From positions 10,487 to 74,486 of the forward strand of contig JAIFKU010000082.1 in assembly GCA_020049495.1 (NCBI GenBank): DNA of 64,000 nucleotides, given 5' to 3'. Shown here one piece after another: positions 19,204 to 34,209 of the stretch. Numbering within the stretch: the stretch's first letter is position 1; every line of letters begins with the position of its first letter. The notes under the pieces were generated by a model, which was not told where the DNA came from, made no database searches, and saw only the letters and a list, made by a program, of their open reading frames with translations. This stretch comes from Accumulibacter sp. GTDB lineage: Bacteria > Pseudomonadota > Gammaproteobacteria > Burkholderiales > Rhodocyclaceae. A program made the translations under genes and the position numbers.

Positions 19204-19935
19204 TTAACTTGCTCCGCAACACTGTTTGAACTTCTTGCCGCTACCGCAGGGGCACGGGTCGTTGCGTCCGATCTTGGGTTCGTCCCTGCGCAGGGTCCGG
19301 ATGCCGCGCTTGGCGGCCCAGAAAAGGTAGATGTCGACTAACGCCTGCGGCAGGTCTTCTTCGCAGTCGTTTTCCAGTTCGTCGCGATCTTCACCCTGCG
19401 GCCATTCCTCACCATGTTCGCGGGCGGCTGCTTCAGCTTCGCCGGTAAGCACCATCAGCGGGAACAGGCGTTCGTCGAGGTAGCTGATCTCTTCGCCAAG
19501 CTCTTCGTCTTCATCGTCCTCGTCTTCCCCGAGGAACTCGAACCAGTCGTCTTCCGCCGCGTCGACGCCAGCCAGATAGGCCCGGCACCAGGGGGCGTAG
19601 TCGCTCGGGCCGCTATCATCGTCACCTTTGGGGTAGAGCAGGAAGATGGGGGCTTCGCCCGCAGCCAGTCCGCTATGCAGTGCGCCTGCGAAACGGCGCA
19701 GCAGGTCGGCGGCTTCGCGACCCGTTTCGCTTTCCAGCGTTTCTTCACTGCCCAGAACGTCGATCAGCCAGTCTTCTTCAGGGATGGGCCGCGGGCCGGC
19801 GAGGGCCGCACAAAGATAGCCCTGGATTTCGTCGAGACGCATGGCATCTTCCAGCGTCGGGTCGTCGAGCAGGTTTTCCAGTCGGTCAAGCTGGTCGTCG
19901 TCGAATTGTGCCGGCAGGGAGTTTTCTGTGCTCAT
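19204..19935 (-). CDS. YecA/UPF0149 family protein with SEC-C motif
   Basis: [20 protein letters not shown]-terminal [18 protein letters not shown]. Confidence 0.88.
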   Translation of the reverse strand: MSTENSLPAQFDDDQLDRLENLLDDPTLEDAMRLDEIQGYLCAALAGPRPIPEEDWLIDVLGSEETLESETGREAADLLRRFAGALHSGLAAGEAPIFLLYPKGDDDSGPSDYAPWCRAYLAGVDAAEDDWFEFLGEDEDDEDEELGEEISYLDERLFPLMVLTGEAEAAAREHGEEWPQGEDRDELENDCEEDLPQALVDIYLFWAAKRGIRTLRRDEPKIGRNDPCPCGSGKKFKQCCGAS

Positions 19936-19939
19936 GGTT

Positions 19940-20359
19940 TCAGCCTCGTGTAGTGGACTGGGTGGCAAAATCGGCAAGTTCAACCGGAGGAGCCGGTTTC
20001 CAGCCTTTCTGGCGGTGTTCGGCGACCACATTGGTAAAGATTCCGCCACGCACGAAGAATTTGGCGGTCAGGCGCATGAAACGCGGCCGGGTAGCTTTGA
20101 CCAGATCGTCGAGGATACGGTTGGTCACCTCCTCATGGAAACAGCCCTGATCGCGAAAAGACCAGATATACAGCTTGAGGCTTTTTAGTTCGACACAGGT
20201 TTTTTCCGGAACGTAGTCGAGAATCAGCGTGGCGAAATCCGGCTGCCCGGTTTTCGGGCACAGGCAGGTGAATTCCGGAATCTCCATGTGAATATGGAAA
20301 TCGCGCTGTGCTGCGGGATTGGGAAAGGTTTCCAGGGTTTTGGCGGGTTTTGTGGTCAT
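19940..20359 (-). CDS. queF: NADPH-dependent 7-cyano-7-deazaguanine reductase
   Basis: [31 protein letters not shown]. Confidence 0.95.
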   Translation of the reverse strand: MTTKPAKTLETFPNPAAQRDFHIHMEIPEFTCLCPKTGQPDFATLILDYVPEKTCVELKSLKLYIWSFRDQGCFHEEVTNRILDDLVKATRPRFMRLTAKFFVRGGIFTNVVAEHRQKGWKPAPPVELADFATQSTTRG

Positions 20360-20520
20360 TTCTGGTCCGGGTTAGCGCGAGGTTCGAACGAATCAGGCTG
20401 GCAAAATGCTATTATAGGCGCCGAATGCTACTCGTGCAGTGCCAGTGCTTCGTCATACGCTGCTAACCGCTACACTTAGGAACCTTTATCCGCGCAGCCG
20501 CCCAGGCTGCGTTCCATTTC

Positions 20521-23500
20521 ATGCGCCTGACAAAACTTAAACTCGCCGGTTTCAAGTCCTTTGTCGATCCGACAACGATTTCCCTGCCGGGGCAACTGGT
20601 TGGGGTGGTCGGTCCCAATGGCTGCGGTAAATCCAACGTGATTGATGCCGTACGCTGGGTTCTCGGGGAATCAAAAGCCTCGGAACTACGCGGCGAGTCG
20701 ATGCAGGATGTCATTTTCAACGGTTCCGGCGGGCGCAAGCCGGTGTCGCGGGCGGCCGTCGAACTGGTTTTTGACAACTCGCTCGGGCGCATTGCCGGCC
20801 AGTGGTCGCAGTACGCCGAGCTGTCGGTCAAACGCCTGCTGACCCGCAACGGGCAGTCCGAGTATTACATTAACAATCTGCACGTCCGGCGCAAGGACAT
20901 TACCGACCTGTTTCTGGGTACCGGCCTCGGGCCCCGTGCCTACGCCATCATCGGGCAGGGGACGATTTCACGCATCATCGAGGCCAGGCCCGATGAGTTA
21001 CGGGTTTTCCTCGAAGAAGCAGCCGGAGTCACCAAGTACAAGGAGCGGCGCAAGGAAACCGAGAGCCGGATTTCTGATACACGCGACAATCTGTCCCGCG
21101 TTGAGGATATCCGACTGGAACTCGGTGCGCAGATGGAACGCCTGGAGGGCCAGGCGGCAGTGGCCAGGCAGTACCGTGATTTCAGTGATGAACTGACGCG
21201 CAAGCAGCAACTGCTGTGGTTGCTGCGCCGCAACGACGCACAGGTAGAACGCGAACGCGTGGCGCGTGACGTCGAACGGGGGGTGATCGAGCTTGAAGCG
21301 CAGAACGCCGCCCTGCGTGAAACGGAAGCACGGCTTGAACAAGCCCGTGAGGCCCATTTTGCCGCCAGTGATGGCGTGCAGGCCGCGCAGGCTGAAAATT
21401 ACAAGGCCAGTGCCGAGGTGGCGCGGCTTGAAGCCGAGATCCATCATCGTCGCGATTCGCAGCAGGAATATGAATCCCGTCTGCTGCAACTGGGCGATGA
21501 CCAGGTGCACTGGCAGGAGCAGGTTGGCAAACTCGATGCCGAGCATGTCCGCTGGCTGGAATTGTCGACACTCGCTGATGAACGTGTTGAACTGGGTGAA
21601 CTGCGTCTGGCCGCGCAACAGGAGCGCCTGCCGCTGGCCGAGGAAGCCCATGCCAACGCCCAGGAAGATGTCAATCGGGAACGCGCCGGAATGGCCCAGG
21701 TCGAGCAGCGCCTGCAGGTCGAGCAGGCCAATCGGGGTCATGCCCAGCGTTCGCTGCAGATTATCGCCGGCCGTCGTGAACGTCTGGAGCAGGAGCGCGA
21801 AGCCCTGCCGGTGCCCGACCATGCTGAATTTGAATTCAAGCAGGAAACCCTGACCGAGTTGCGCGAACGTATCGCCGAGTCTCAGGAAGCGCTGGTCAGA
21901 CAGCAGCAGGCGCTGCCCGGGTTTGAACAGCAGCGCCGCGAAGTGCTGGCCGAAGTTCAGCATGTGCAGAAGGAACGCGCCGAAGCGCACGCCCGGCGTG
22001 CTGCGCTGGAGCAGTTGCAGAAGCGTGTCCAAGGCGACGGCAAGCTGGTCGACTGGTTGCACCGGCACCATCTGGACAAGCACACGCCACTGTGGAAGTC
22101 GCTGCATGTCGAAGCCGGATGGGAAGATGCCGTTGAAGCTGTCCTGCGCGAACGGATCAGTGCGCTGACGACCGAGGAAGCCGATCCGGCGTGGAGCAAG
22201 GACCGTCCAGGCAGCAAACTGACCCTGCTCTTGCCGGTCAATGGCGCCACAGCAGATTTTGGCGCAGATCGTCTTCTGGCGCGCATTCGTTGCGACGATC
22301 CAAGGCACACAGCCATTCTTGTCGACTGGCTCAGTGAGGTATTTACCGCCCCCGATCTGGCGTCAGCCCTGGCGCGCCGCGACAGCCTGTCCGGCGCTTC
22401 CTGCTGTGTGACGCCGGGCGGTGATGTGGTCAGCCGGCAGAGCGTCACGCTGTTTGCTCCGGACGCCGCAGAACATGGCCTGCTCGAACGGCAGCGCGAA
22501 ATCGAGGAACTTGGCGGACTGATCGCGCAACGCGAGGATAGAGTCGAGCAGGAACAGGAGCGACTGGTTGAAATCGAATCGCGTATGGAGGATGCCCGGA
22601 ACGCCTTGCAGGAGTCACGCAAGCATCTCGACAATCTGCAGGAACAGGCGCACGCCATTCAGGTAGAAACCCTGAAGCTGGCGCAGGCGCTGGATCGCTT
22701 CCGTGAACGGCAGGCCCAGATCGACGCCAGTCTGGCCGAAATGGCCGCTGAGGAAGAGGGCGAAAACGAACGCCTGTATATCGCCGACGAGGCAATCGAG
22801 GAGCACCGCGAACAACTGCGTCAGTTGCAACGGGTGATGGATGCCGCCAGGGCGCGTTTCGAGCAGGCTGAACGGGCGTTGCGCGATGAGCGCGAGCAGG
22901 TCAATGGTGTTGAGCGCGAACTGCGCGAAGCCCAGTTTTCGCAACGCGAATGCCGTAACAAGATCGGGGAAATCACCAGCAACCGCGAACTGGCGTGCAA
23001 GCAGATCGAGCGCATCGTCGATGAGCTGGCGCGCTGCACGGAATCCGCCGAGGCCATGCAGGCCGAGGATCTTGAGCCACAACTGCAGGCCGCGCTCGAT
23101 CATCGTGTTGCCCGCGAACAGGGTCTGGCTTCTGCGCGCGATGCGCTGGAAACGGCAACGGCCGGTTTGCGCGCACTGGAAGAGCAGCGCATGAAAATCG
23201 AGCAGAGCCTTGGCCCCCTGCGCGACCGGATCGGTGACCTCAGGCTGAAGGAACAGGCGGCCAGTCTCAATTACGACCAGTTGGCTAACCAGTTGCTTGA
23301 AGTACAGGCGGATGAACAGAGTCTGCTCAGCGAGCTGGCGGGTGCCCGATCCGGGCCGCTGCAGAACGCGATTGCCGCCTTGCAACGTTCGATCGAAGCA
23401 CTCGGAGCGGTCAATCTGGCGGCGCTCGAAGAGCTTGAATCGGCGCGCGAGCGCAAAGGTTTCCTCGATGCCCAGTCGGAAGACCTGACGCAGGCCATGG

Positions 23501-24021
23501 AAACCCTGGAGAATGCCATCCGCCGCATCGACCGTGAAACGCGCGATCTGCTGCAGACGACCTATGATGCGGTCAACAAAAGCTTTGGCGAGTTGTTCCC
23601 GGTTCTCTTCGGCGGTGGTGAGGCCGGGCTGATCATGACGGGCGAGGAAATTCTCGATGCCGGCCTGCAGGTCATGGCGCAGCCGCCAGGCAAGAAAAAC
23701 TCGACGATTCATCTGCTTTCCGGTGGCGAAAAGGCATTGACCGCGATTGCCCTGGTGTTTGCCATGTTCCAGCTCAATCCGGCACCGTTCTGCCTGCTTG
23801 ACGAAGTGGATGCGCCACTTGACGATACCAATACCGAACGGTTTTGCGCAATGGTGCGGCGCATGTCGGCCAATACCCAGTTCCTGTTCATCAGTCACAA
23901 CAAGATCGCCATGGAAATGGCACAGCAACTGGTCGGCGTGACGATGCAGGAATCCGGCGTTTCGCGTATTGTTGAAGTGGATATGGATGAAGCGCTGCGC
24001 ATGCGCGAGCAGATCGTTTAG
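20521..24021 (+). CDS. smc: Chromosome segregation protein SMC
   Basis: GPNGCGKSN, long coiled coils, LSGGEK, LDEVDAPLD. Confidence 0.97.
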   Translation: MRLTKLKLAGFKSFVDPTTISLPGQLVGVVGPNGCGKSNVIDAVRWVLGESKASELRGESMQDVIFNGSGGRKPVSRAAVELVFDNSLGRIAGQWSQYAELSVKRLLTRNGQSEYYINNLHVRRKDITDLFLGTGLGPRAYAIIGQGTISRIIEARPDELRVFLEEAAGVTKYKERRKETESRISDTRDNLSRVEDIRLELGAQMERLEGQAAVARQYRDFSDELTRKQQLLWLLRRNDAQVERERVARDVERGVIELEAQNAALRETEARLEQAREAHFAASDGVQAAQAENYKASAEVARLEAEIHHRRDSQQEYESRLLQLGDDQVHWQEQVGKLDAEHVRWLELSTLADERVELGELRLAAQQERLPLAEEAHANAQEDVNRERAGMAQVEQRLQVEQANRGHAQRSLQIIAGRRERLEQEREALPVPDHAEFEFKQETLTELRERIAESQEALVRQQQALPGFEQQRREVLAEVQHVQKERAEAHARRAALEQLQKRVQGDGKLVDWLHRHHLDKHTPLWKSLHVEAGWEDAVEAVLRERISALTTEEADPAWSKDRPGSKLTLLLPVNGATADFGADRLLARIRCDDPRHTAILVDWLSEVFTAPDLASALARRDSLSGASCCVTPGGDVVSRQSVTLFAPDAAEHGLLERQREIEELGGLIAQREDRVEQEQERLVEIESRMEDARNALQESRKHLDNLQEQAHAIQVETLKLAQALDRFRERQAQIDASLAEMAAEEEGENERLYIADEAIEEHREQLRQLQRVMDAARARFEQAERALRDEREQVNGVERELREAQFSQRECRNKIGEITSNRELACKQIERIVDELARCTESAEAMQAEDLEPQLQAALDHRVAREQGLASARDALETATAGLRALEEQRMKIEQSLGPLRDRIGDLRLKEQAASLNYDQLANQLLEVQADEQSLLSELAGARSGPLQNAIAALQRSIEALGAVNLAALEELESARERKGFLDAQSEDLTQAMETLENAIRRIDRETRDLLQTTYDAVNKSFGELFPVLFGGGEAGLIMTGEEILDAGLQVMAQPPGKKNSTIHLLSGGEKALTAIALVFAMFQLNPAPFCLLDEVDAPLDDTNTERFCAMVRRMSANTQFLFISHNKIAMEMAQQLVGVTMQESGVSRIVEVDMDEALRMREQIV

Positions 24022-24029
24022 GACTGAAC

Positions 24030-27321
<3,292 letters not shown>

Positions 27322-27337
27322 CAAGGGAGCCGTTTCA

Positions 27338-28204
27338 ATGAAAAGAGTTACTAAAGCCGTTTTCCCCGTCGCCGGTCTCGGTACGCGATTTCTGCCAGCC
27401 ACCAAGGCCAGTCCGAAAGAGATGATGCCGATCGTCGACAAGCCCCTGATCCAGTACGCGGTGGAAGAAGCCGTCGCGGCTGGCATCAGCGAAATGATTT
27501 TCGTCACGGGGCGTACCAAGCGGGCCATCGAAGATCATTTTGACAAGGCCTACGAACTCGAAAACGAGCTGGCTCTGAAGAACAAGACCGAAATGCTCGA
27601 GTTCGTGCAGAACCTGCTGCCAAGGAATATCAACTGCATCTACATTCGCCAGGCGGAAGCCCTTGGACTCGGCCACGCCGTACTCTGCGCCAAGCCGGTG
27701 ATCGGCGACGAGCCCTTTGCCGTCATTCTGGCCGACGATCTGCTCGACGGCGAACCGCCCGTCATGAAACAGATGACCGATATTTACGACTATTACCGGT
27801 GCTCAGTGCTGGGGGTGCTCGACGTGCCGCGCAGCGATACCGGGAGTTATGGCATCGTCAAGTCGAGTTTTGTGGCTGAGCGTGTCGAACGCATCGAAGG
27901 TATTGTCGAGAAGCCGAAACCCGACGACGCGCCGTCGACCCTGGCCGTGGTTGGCCGTTACATTCTGACCCCGCGCATCTTTCATCATCTGGAAAGCGTT
28001 ACACCGGGGTCCGGCGGCGAGATTCAACTCACCGACGGAATTGCTTCGCTGCTGATCGAAGAGCAGGTGCTGGCTTATCGCTATTCAGGAACACGCTTCG
28101 ATTGCGGTTCCAAACTGGGCTATCTGCAGGCGACCGTTGATTTCGGTCGGCGCCATCCGGAAGTGGGAGCCGCGTTCACAAACTATCTGGCCAATCTTGA
28201 ATGA
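27338..28204 (+). CDS. galU: UTP-glucose-1-phosphate uridylyltransferase
   Basis: [25 protein letters not shown]. Confidence 0.96.
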   Translation: MKRVTKAVFPVAGLGTRFLPATKASPKEMMPIVDKPLIQYAVEEAVAAGISEMIFVTGRTKRAIEDHFDKAYELENELALKNKTEMLEFVQNLLPRNINCIYIRQAEALGLGHAVLCAKPVIGDEPFAVILADDLLDGEPPVMKQMTDIYDYYRCSVLGVLDVPRSDTGSYGIVKSSFVAERVERIEGIVEKPKPDDAPSTLAVVGRYILTPRIFHHLESVTPGSGGEIQLTDGIASLLIEEQVLAYRYSGTRFDCGSKLGYLQATVDFGRRHPEVGAAFTNYLANLE

Positions 28205-28755
28205 GCATGACCGACACTCAACACGTCATGGATATTCTCGCTTCGGCAGAGATCATTCATTCGGCAGAGACCGTCGTGCAGGCCGTTAACCGTGTCGCGG
28301 CCGAAGTGACTGAAAAGCTGGGCGACACCTTTCCCTTGCTGCTGTGCGTCATGAGTGGCGGCGTGCCTTTTGCCGGACAACTGATGACGCAACTGCATTT
28401 CCCGCTCGAGTTCGACTACCTGCACGTTACGCGCTATGGCCAGGATACCGCCGGAGGCGCATTGTCATGGCGGTCTGCTCCGTGGACTCCGGTCAAGGGG
28501 CGTACCGTTCTCGTCCTTGATGATATTCTTGACGAAGGACTGACGCTGGCGGCCATTGTCGAACGCATGATGGAACTGGGGGCCAAGGCCTGTTATGCCG
28601 CTGTCGCGACCGACAAGCAAAATGGCAAGAAAAAGCCGATCAAGGCCGATTTCGTCGCACTGACTGTTCCGGACCGCTTTGTCTTCGGCTATGGCATGGA
28701 CGTTCGTGGTGCCTGGCGGAATCTCCCGGCAATCTATGCCATGAAGGAAAATTGA
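28201..28755 (+). CDS. hpt: Hypoxanthine-guanine phosphoribosyltransferase
   Basis: [18 protein letters not shown] motif, FVFGYGMD...RNLP. Confidence 0.88.
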   Translation: MSMTDTQHVMDILASAEIIHSAETVVQAVNRVAAEVTEKLGDTFPLLLCVMSGGVPFAGQLMTQLHFPLEFDYLHVTRYGQDTAGGALSWRSAPWTPVKGRTVLVLDDILDEGLTLAAIVERMMELGAKACYAAVATDKQNGKKKPIKADFVALTVPDRFVFGYGMDVRGAWRNLPAIYAMKEN

Positions 28756-28756
28756 G

Positions 28757-29512
28757 ATGCTGGCTGTTATTGGTGGAAGCGGCCTGACGCAACTGGCCAA
28801 CCTTGATGTGTCACATCGCGAGGTTTTGCGTACGCCCTACGGCGAACCCTCGGGGGCGGTAATCTTCGGCCAGATCTGTGGCCGTCCGGTCGCGTTTCTG
28901 GCGCGTCACGGTTATGGCCACACGATTCCCCCGCATGAAGTCAATTACCGGGCGAATATCTGGGCACTGTGCAAGCGCGGCGCGCTGGGCATCATTTCGG
29001 TGGCTTCGGTCGGCAGTATCCGGTCTGATCTCAAACCCGGCGATGTGGTTATTCCGCATCAGATCATCGACTATACCTGGGGGCGAAAGTCCACCTACCA
29101 CGAAGGACAGGAGTGCAAGGTCACGCATATCGATTTCACCGAGCCCTATGATCGTTTGCTGCGGGCGCAACTGATCGCCGCTGCGGGAGAGGTCGGTATT
29201 GCCGTGAGCAGTTCCGCTGTTTACGCCGCAACGCAGGGGCCGCGTCTTGAAACTGCGGCCGAAATCAACCGCCTTGAGCGTGACGGTGCCGATGTAGTGG
29301 GCATGACGGGTATGCCTGAAGCGGCGCTGGCACGCGAAATGGGTGTCCCTTATGCGGCCATCAGCGTGGTCGCCAATTACGCGGCTGGTCGTGCAGACAG
29401 CCGCGACGGCATCAGCTTCGAAACGATTCAGGGGGTTCTGCACGAATCGATGGGGCATGTGCGTACTATTATCGAGAGAATGATTGACCGTGGCGATCCG
29501 AACTGTTCTTAA
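28757..29512 (+). CDS. S-methyl-5'-thioinosine/thioadenosine phosphorylase
   Basis: [32 protein letters not shown]. Confidence 0.9.
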   Translation: MLAVIGGSGLTQLANLDVSHREVLRTPYGEPSGAVIFGQICGRPVAFLARHGYGHTIPPHEVNYRANIWALCKRGALGIISVASVGSIRSDLKPGDVVIPHQIIDYTWGRKSTYHEGQECKVTHIDFTEPYDRLLRAQLIAAAGEVGIAVSSSAVYAATQGPRLETAAEINRLERDGADVVGMTGMPEAALAREMGVPYAAISVVANYAAGRADSRDGISFETIQGVLHESMGHVRTIIERMIDRGDPNCS

Positions 29513-30026
29513 AATGGGTGATCCGCGCCTGTGGCAAAAGGCGCGACCGGTAGCCGTTTTCGCGACACCGGATCTTCACATCCTCATTGCCGATATGGAA
29601 GAGACCATGCACCATCTCGATGGCGCCGGACTTGCGGCGCCGCAGATTGGCGTTGGTTTGCGCGTGGTTATCTTTGGTTTTGAGAATAATCCGCGTTATC
29701 CGGAGGCCGAAAGTGTTCCCTATACGGTACTGATCAACCCCGTGCTGACGCCGCTAACAGATGAAGTCGAAGAGGGATGGGAAGGCTGCCTGTCGGTGCC
29801 CGGCCTGCGTGGCCTGGTTCCGCGCTGGAGAACGCTTCGCTACACCGGTTTCGACCTTTTCGGAAACCCGATCGACCGCTCTGTTGAAGGCTTTCATGCC
29901 CGGGTTGTGCAGCATGAATGCGACCATCTTGAAGGCATACTTTACCCGATGCGAATCCGGGATCTGCGTTCTTTCGGATTCACCGACGTTCTCGATCTGG
30001 CACAAAATCAAGAAACAGCAGATTAG
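29490..30026 (+). CDS. def: Peptide deformylase
   Basis: [18 protein letters not shown]; GTG start assumed. Confidence 0.95.
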   Translation: MAIRTVLKMGDPRLWQKARPVAVFATPDLHILIADMEETMHHLDGAGLAAPQIGVGLRVVIFGFENNPRYPEAESVPYTVLINPVLTPLTDEVEEGWEGCLSVPGLRGLVPRWRTLRYTGFDLFGNPIDRSVEGFHARVVQHECDHLEGILYPMRIRDLRSFGFTDVLDLAQNQETAD

Positions 30027-30057
30027 CCTTCCAGGTATTTTTCTCGGCGTTTTGAAG

Positions 30058-31347
30058 TCAGCATTTCTTGTTGACCATGATTTCGAGAATCTGGCGATCC
30101 GTATGCACCATGCTTTCACTGGCCAGGGCGCAAAGATTGGCGATGGAGGCATCAACACACTCTTCGACGATGCCTTCGTTGCCGGTGACGCGTGAATTAT
30201 CCAGCGCCATCAGAACAGACTTGTAGGCGGCTGTCGCAGACGTCGATACCTTCATTGCGCAACTGTTGGAGGCACCGTCGCAGATCATTCCGGCTACATC
30301 GCCGATCATGCTGCAGATGGCCATACTCACCGCCTCGTAACCGCCACGCAGCAGCCAGGCCATGCCGGCTGCTGCCCCCATGGCAGCGGTAGTGACGGCG
30401 CAGAGTGCGGAAAGTTTCGGAAGCTTGCTATGTATGTAAATCGCCATCAGGTGGGAAAGCATCAGGGCGCGTGCCAGGGTTTCCTCGTCGGCCTTGACAT
30501 GCTCGGCAATGGCGACGACGGGGAGGGTGGCTGCAATTCCCTGATTGCCTGATCCGGAATTACTCATCGCCGGCAGTGAAGCACCGCCCATGCGCGCGTC
30601 GGAAGCGGCCGAGGACAGGATCAATATTCTGGTCTGCAGGTCGTCGGAAAGCAGGCCGCGCTCAACCTGGCGTTTCAAGGTTGCTCCGATATGCAGTCCG
30701 TAATTACCGCCCATGCCCTCCTGCGAAAGCCTTGAGTTGAGTTTGGCGGATTCCAGAATGAAAGCAATGTCGGCAAACGGTGCCGTGGTTGCAAAATCAT
30801 AGACGCCGCGTACGGTTGCGCCTTCCAGCGAATAGGGATTGGTCTCCATGCTGGTTGACGTTGCTGAAAACAGCGTTTCGCCGTTCTTTTCGATCAGTAT
30901 CACATTCGTGTGGGCATCTGCAATGCATACACGCACCCAGTCTTTGCCATTCGAGACGCGGGATTCTGCATACAGCACAGAACTGACGTCGGCAATTCCA
31001 ACAACCACCTTTTTGTCGATCAGCATCTGTTTTCCGGCTTCGACAATTCCGCTGGTCAGGAGCCTCAGAACTTCCAGTCCTCCATCCGGGTCGCCACCAA
31101 GAGCGCCAACAGCGGCGGCAATCGGAAGACCGACCATGCCGGTTCCCGGGACCGTCACTCCCATGCCGTTTTTCATCAGATTGGCTGAAACTCTGGCTTC
31201 AATCCGTTCCGGTACCGAGCCAAGGTGTCGGGTAGCAATTGCCGAAGCCAGTGCCAGAGAAATGGGTTCAGTGCAACCGAGTGCCGGAACAACTTCGTGT
31301 TTGATTGCTTGAATAAATTCGGGCCAAAGTCTGCGCTGGAAATCCAA
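30058..31347 (-). CDS. cyuA: L-cysteine desulfidase-like protein (CyuA/YhaM, serine dehydratase alpha family, Fe-S)
   Basis: [40 protein letters not shown]; start uncertain (TTG 31347 or 31353). Confidence 0.85.
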   Translation of the reverse strand: MDFQRRLWPEFIQAIKHEVVPALGCTEPISLALASAIATRHLGSVPERIEARVSANLMKNGMGVTVPGTGMVGLPIAAAVGALGGDPDGGLEVLRLLTSGIVEAGKQMLIDKKVVVGIADVSSVLYAESRVSNGKDWVRVCIADAHTNVILIEKNGETLFSATSTSMETNPYSLEGATVRGVYDFATTAPFADIAFILESAKLNSRLSQEGMGGNYGLHIGATLKRQVERGLLSDDLQTRILILSSAASDARMGGASLPAMSNSGSGNQGIAATLPVVAIAEHVKADEETLARALMLSHLMAIYIHSKLPKLSALCAVTTAAMGAAAGMAWLLRGGYEAVSMAICSMIGDVAGMICDGASNSCAMKVSTSATAAYKSVLMALDNSRVTGNEGIVEECVDASIANLCALASESMVHTDRQILEIMVNKKC

Positions 31348-31561
31348 TTTCAAACATCCTTCTGTGGATACTACGTAGAGGCGGGCATTTCGAGTCTGCT
31401 TCGATAAATACTTCAGCATCGGCTGGGGCAGCCTTGCCAGAAGTGATGCGCGCCATTAAGGATTGCGGAGGGACCAGCCCGAATACAAACCCGGACTGGT
31501 CAGCATTGACATCACTCAGGCGGTTATCAGGCGAGTGCTGCCAAAGATGCAAGGATGACGA

Positions 31562-32074
31562 CTACTTGTTTTTCCGCACGAATGCGACTTCGCATACACG
31601 ATTTCCCTGGGCGATGGTTTTGCCCAGGTGAAATTCTAGATTCTCGAATCGACTACCGATACCACGATCACCGGACATTGCGATGTCACACAGTTTGTTG
31701 AGCATCTCGCCTTCAATTCCGGCTTGTGTCCAGGCCGTTACGAGCGGGCAGTAACCAAACTCGACAGTGAGCTCGTTCTCGTCGAGTTTCTTGATGTCCA
31801 TCTCGAAGATTTTGATCACGTCTTCATTCAGGAAGGTCTTGCCAAACTCGACCAGGCTGTCCACGGAAGCCAATTGTTCCTTGATGCCTTCCCCGTGCAT
31901 GCAACCGGTTGCGAAAATCGCGGAATGTCCGATTTCTTCCCAGTCAAGTCCTCTTTCCTTCATTTCTTTCAGGATCAGCGCCATCCACATGGCTCGATGA
32001 TTAATACCTTTCCGCAATTTATTGATAACTTCGTCATCGGTGTTTTTGGGTTGATTGTTATGGCAAATGCTCAT
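31562..32074 (-). CDS. L-2-amino-thiazoline-4-carboxylate (ATC) hydrolase family protein
   Basis: HRAMW, YCPLVTAW, LCDIAMSGD, TIAQG...CE pattern; GAGGAG RBS. Confidence 0.75.
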   Translation of the reverse strand: MSICHNNQPKNTDDEVINKLRKGINHRAMWMALILKEMKERGLDWEEIGHSAIFATGCMHGEGIKEQLASVDSLVEFGKTFLNEDVIKIFEMDIKKLDENELTVEFGYCPLVTAWTQAGIEGEMLNKLCDIAMSGDRGIGSRFENLEFHLGKTIAQGNRVCEVAFVRKNK

Positions 32075-32205
32075 TTGGTTCTCCTCGTTTCCCGCTGTAT
32101 CTGTCGATACGTTCGGTTTATAAGTGGTTGTGGTTTGAAAATGCTAACTGCAAAACAATATCCACAGTCTGATTGCAGTCTCGCTCGTATGCTGTGATGC
32201 ACTCA

Positions 32206-32221
32206 AGCATGTAATGTGCCA
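32206..32221 (-). promoter_or_regulatory. sigma54 -24/-12 promoter for the ATC hydrolase/cyuA unit
   Basis: TGGCACATTACATGCT (GG-N10-GC). Confidence 0.7.
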
Positions 32222-32473
32222 TGAAGACGCTTTGTCGCTCGTGCCGTAAGGTCTTGAACAAGGCAGAGTCGGAATTTTACATCTTGTTGAGCCTGGACAT
32301 GGCTTTAAAATTGTCGCTGGTTGAGACGGGGGTTGCCTCTGGTGCATGCTTGCAGAGGTGCGAATTTGGTTTTTTCCCAGCGAATGATGATTGTTGCTGT
32401 TCTTGTAAAAAGTTTAGTTGTGGGAATCAACAAAATTCCTGATTTGGGAAAATTTTCCGGAAATGTGAGAAAT

Positions 32474-32489
32474 TGGCATGTAAAGTGCT
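32474..32489 (+). promoter_or_regulatory. sigma54 -24/-12 promoter facing the ABC operon
   Basis: TGGCATGTAAAGTGCT (GG-N10-GC), but about 535 bp from the first ATG. Confidence 0.5.
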
Positions 32490-33024
32490 GAAGGGTGAAA
32501 AATGTTCTGCGAACAACAAATGATTGGAGTTTTCTGGATGTCTTTCCTGTTTCACTCAACTTGTTGGCCAATGGATCAATCCGGTTACCGATTGCTGGCG
32601 TGTAACGAACGCTTCAGGAGAGTGTGTTGCAGAAAGTTGTGCTTATTGACGCGAACCGGGGAAGGCAACAAAATTTGGATGGGTGATGATCGAATCGGAT
32701 GATTCAGAAATCGGTAGCATCGACCTGGTTCATAAATTGCTTTGATCAGCAAAGACAACCGGCGTGCAACAATGGCAAGCAATTGTCTGACAATAGAGGT
32801 GCACTTGTTACAAGCACGTTTCGATGTTGATGAAGCATGATGACTTATCTCGTGTGCTATCTTGTTGTTTTGTGCAGGGCCGTGCCTGAATCGGCTCCGC
32901 TGGTATTATTGAGATGTTTTTTGAGGCTAGTGGAATTTATCCCTGTCGGCAGGTGTGTCTTGATGTACTAATTGTTGATTAACCTTTGCTTCGTTATTAC
33001 TGTTTTTTTCTGGAGAAATGAATC

Positions 33025-34146
33025 ATGACCAAACAATGTCGAACGCTATTAGCAACGATGTGCCTGGCGATATTTTCCTGTGGCGCTTACGCTCAGAACA
33101 AGACGGTGGCCATCGGCTACCAGGCGCCGCTGAGCGGTGAGCATGCGCAGTACGGCGTGCTATTCCGCAACTCGGCGACGCTGGCCATCGAGAACTTCAA
33201 CAAGTCGGGCAAGCTGCCAGGTGTCACGATCCAGCTCAAGTTCGAGGACAGCAAGAGCGACGCCAAGGAAGGCGTGAACATCGCGAAAAAATTCTCGGAC
33301 GACCAGAGCATCGTCGCCGCGATTGGCGATTTCAGCTCGGGGGTTTCGATGGCTGCCGCCCCGGTCTACGCGCAGAACAAACTGGCGCAACTGTCGCAGA
33401 CGGCGTCGCACCCCGACTTCGTCAAGATCAGCGAATACCAGTTCCGCAACATCACGACCCAGGCTTATGAAGGGCCGTTGATTGCCAACTGGGCGAACGC
33501 CAATGGCGCCAAGAAAATCGCCATCGTGGCGATCCAGAACGACTGGGGCCAGTCAGTGGTGAAGTACTTTGCTGACGCGGTCAAGGCCAACGGCGGCGAA
33601 GTCACCGAAACCGAAATGTTCAATCCGGGAACGCGCGACTTCCGCTCCATCCTGACCAAGATCGCGCGTAGCAATCCCGATGCGATTTACCTCGGTTCCT
33701 TCTACGAAGATGGCTCGGCTTTCCTCCAGCAGAAGGTGCAGATGGGTATCAAGCAGCAGGTCTATGCCACGTCGTCGCTGTATGAGCAGAAACTGCTCGA
33801 CCTTGCCGGTCCGGCTGCCAACAACGTGTATCTGTCGACGACCTTCCTGGTCGAAAGTCCCGAGCCGCACGTGCAGGCTTTCGTCAAGGAATATGAAGGC
33901 CGTTACGGCAGCAAGCCGCAGATGTTCGCCGCCCAGGCTTTTGACGCGACCAACATCGTCTTGAACTCCATCGTCGCCGCGGGCGGCGCCAACGCCACCC
34001 GTGCCAAGGTGCGCGATGCTCTGGCCGCGACCAAGGACTTCCCCGGCGTGACCGGCATCACGTCATTCGATCCCAAGACGCGCGAGCCGTCCAAGATTCT
34101 GACCAAGCTGCAGATCCAGAACGGCAAGTACGTGCTGCTGAAGTAA
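33025..34146 (+). CDS. LIV/HAAT-family ABC substrate-binding protein
   Basis: Signal peptide ending AYA, APLSG, DFRSILTKI, FPGVTG. Confidence 0.92.
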   Translation: MTKQCRTLLATMCLAIFSCGAYAQNKTVAIGYQAPLSGEHAQYGVLFRNSATLAIENFNKSGKLPGVTIQLKFEDSKSDAKEGVNIAKKFSDDQSIVAAIGDFSSGVSMAAAPVYAQNKLAQLSQTASHPDFVKISEYQFRNITTQAYEGPLIANWANANGAKKIAIVAIQNDWGQSVVKYFADAVKANGGEVTETEMFNPGTRDFRSILTKIARSNPDAIYLGSFYEDGSAFLQQKVQMGIKQQVYATSSLYEQKLLDLAGPAANNVYLSTTFLVESPEPHVQAFVKEYEGRYGSKPQMFAAQAFDATNIVLNSIVAAGGANATRAKVRDALAATKDFPGVTGITSFDPKTREPSKILTKLQIQNGKYVLLK

Positions 34147-34173
34147 GAATCCGACCAATCCTTCTTCTGGAGC

Positions 34174-34201
34174 AACCGGCTGGCCGCAAGGCCAGCCGGT
34201 T
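34174..34201 (+). terminator. Intercistronic stem-loop after the binding-protein gene (stabiliser or partial terminator)
   Basis: aaccggctggcc-GCAA-ggccagccggtt, perfect 12-bp stem. Confidence 0.6.
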
Positions 34202-34209
34202 TAAAGACC

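Noticed and set aside
32340-32354. TGGTGCATGCTTGCA as another sigma54 promoter
   Set aside because: GG-to-GC spacing is 9 nt rather than the required 10.
32221-32442. Cys-rich 73-aa ORF as a possible RiPP precursor or metal-binding peptide
   Set aside because: No RBS; it lies across the divergent promoter region; TG-rich sequence explains the cysteines; no modifying enzymes nearby.
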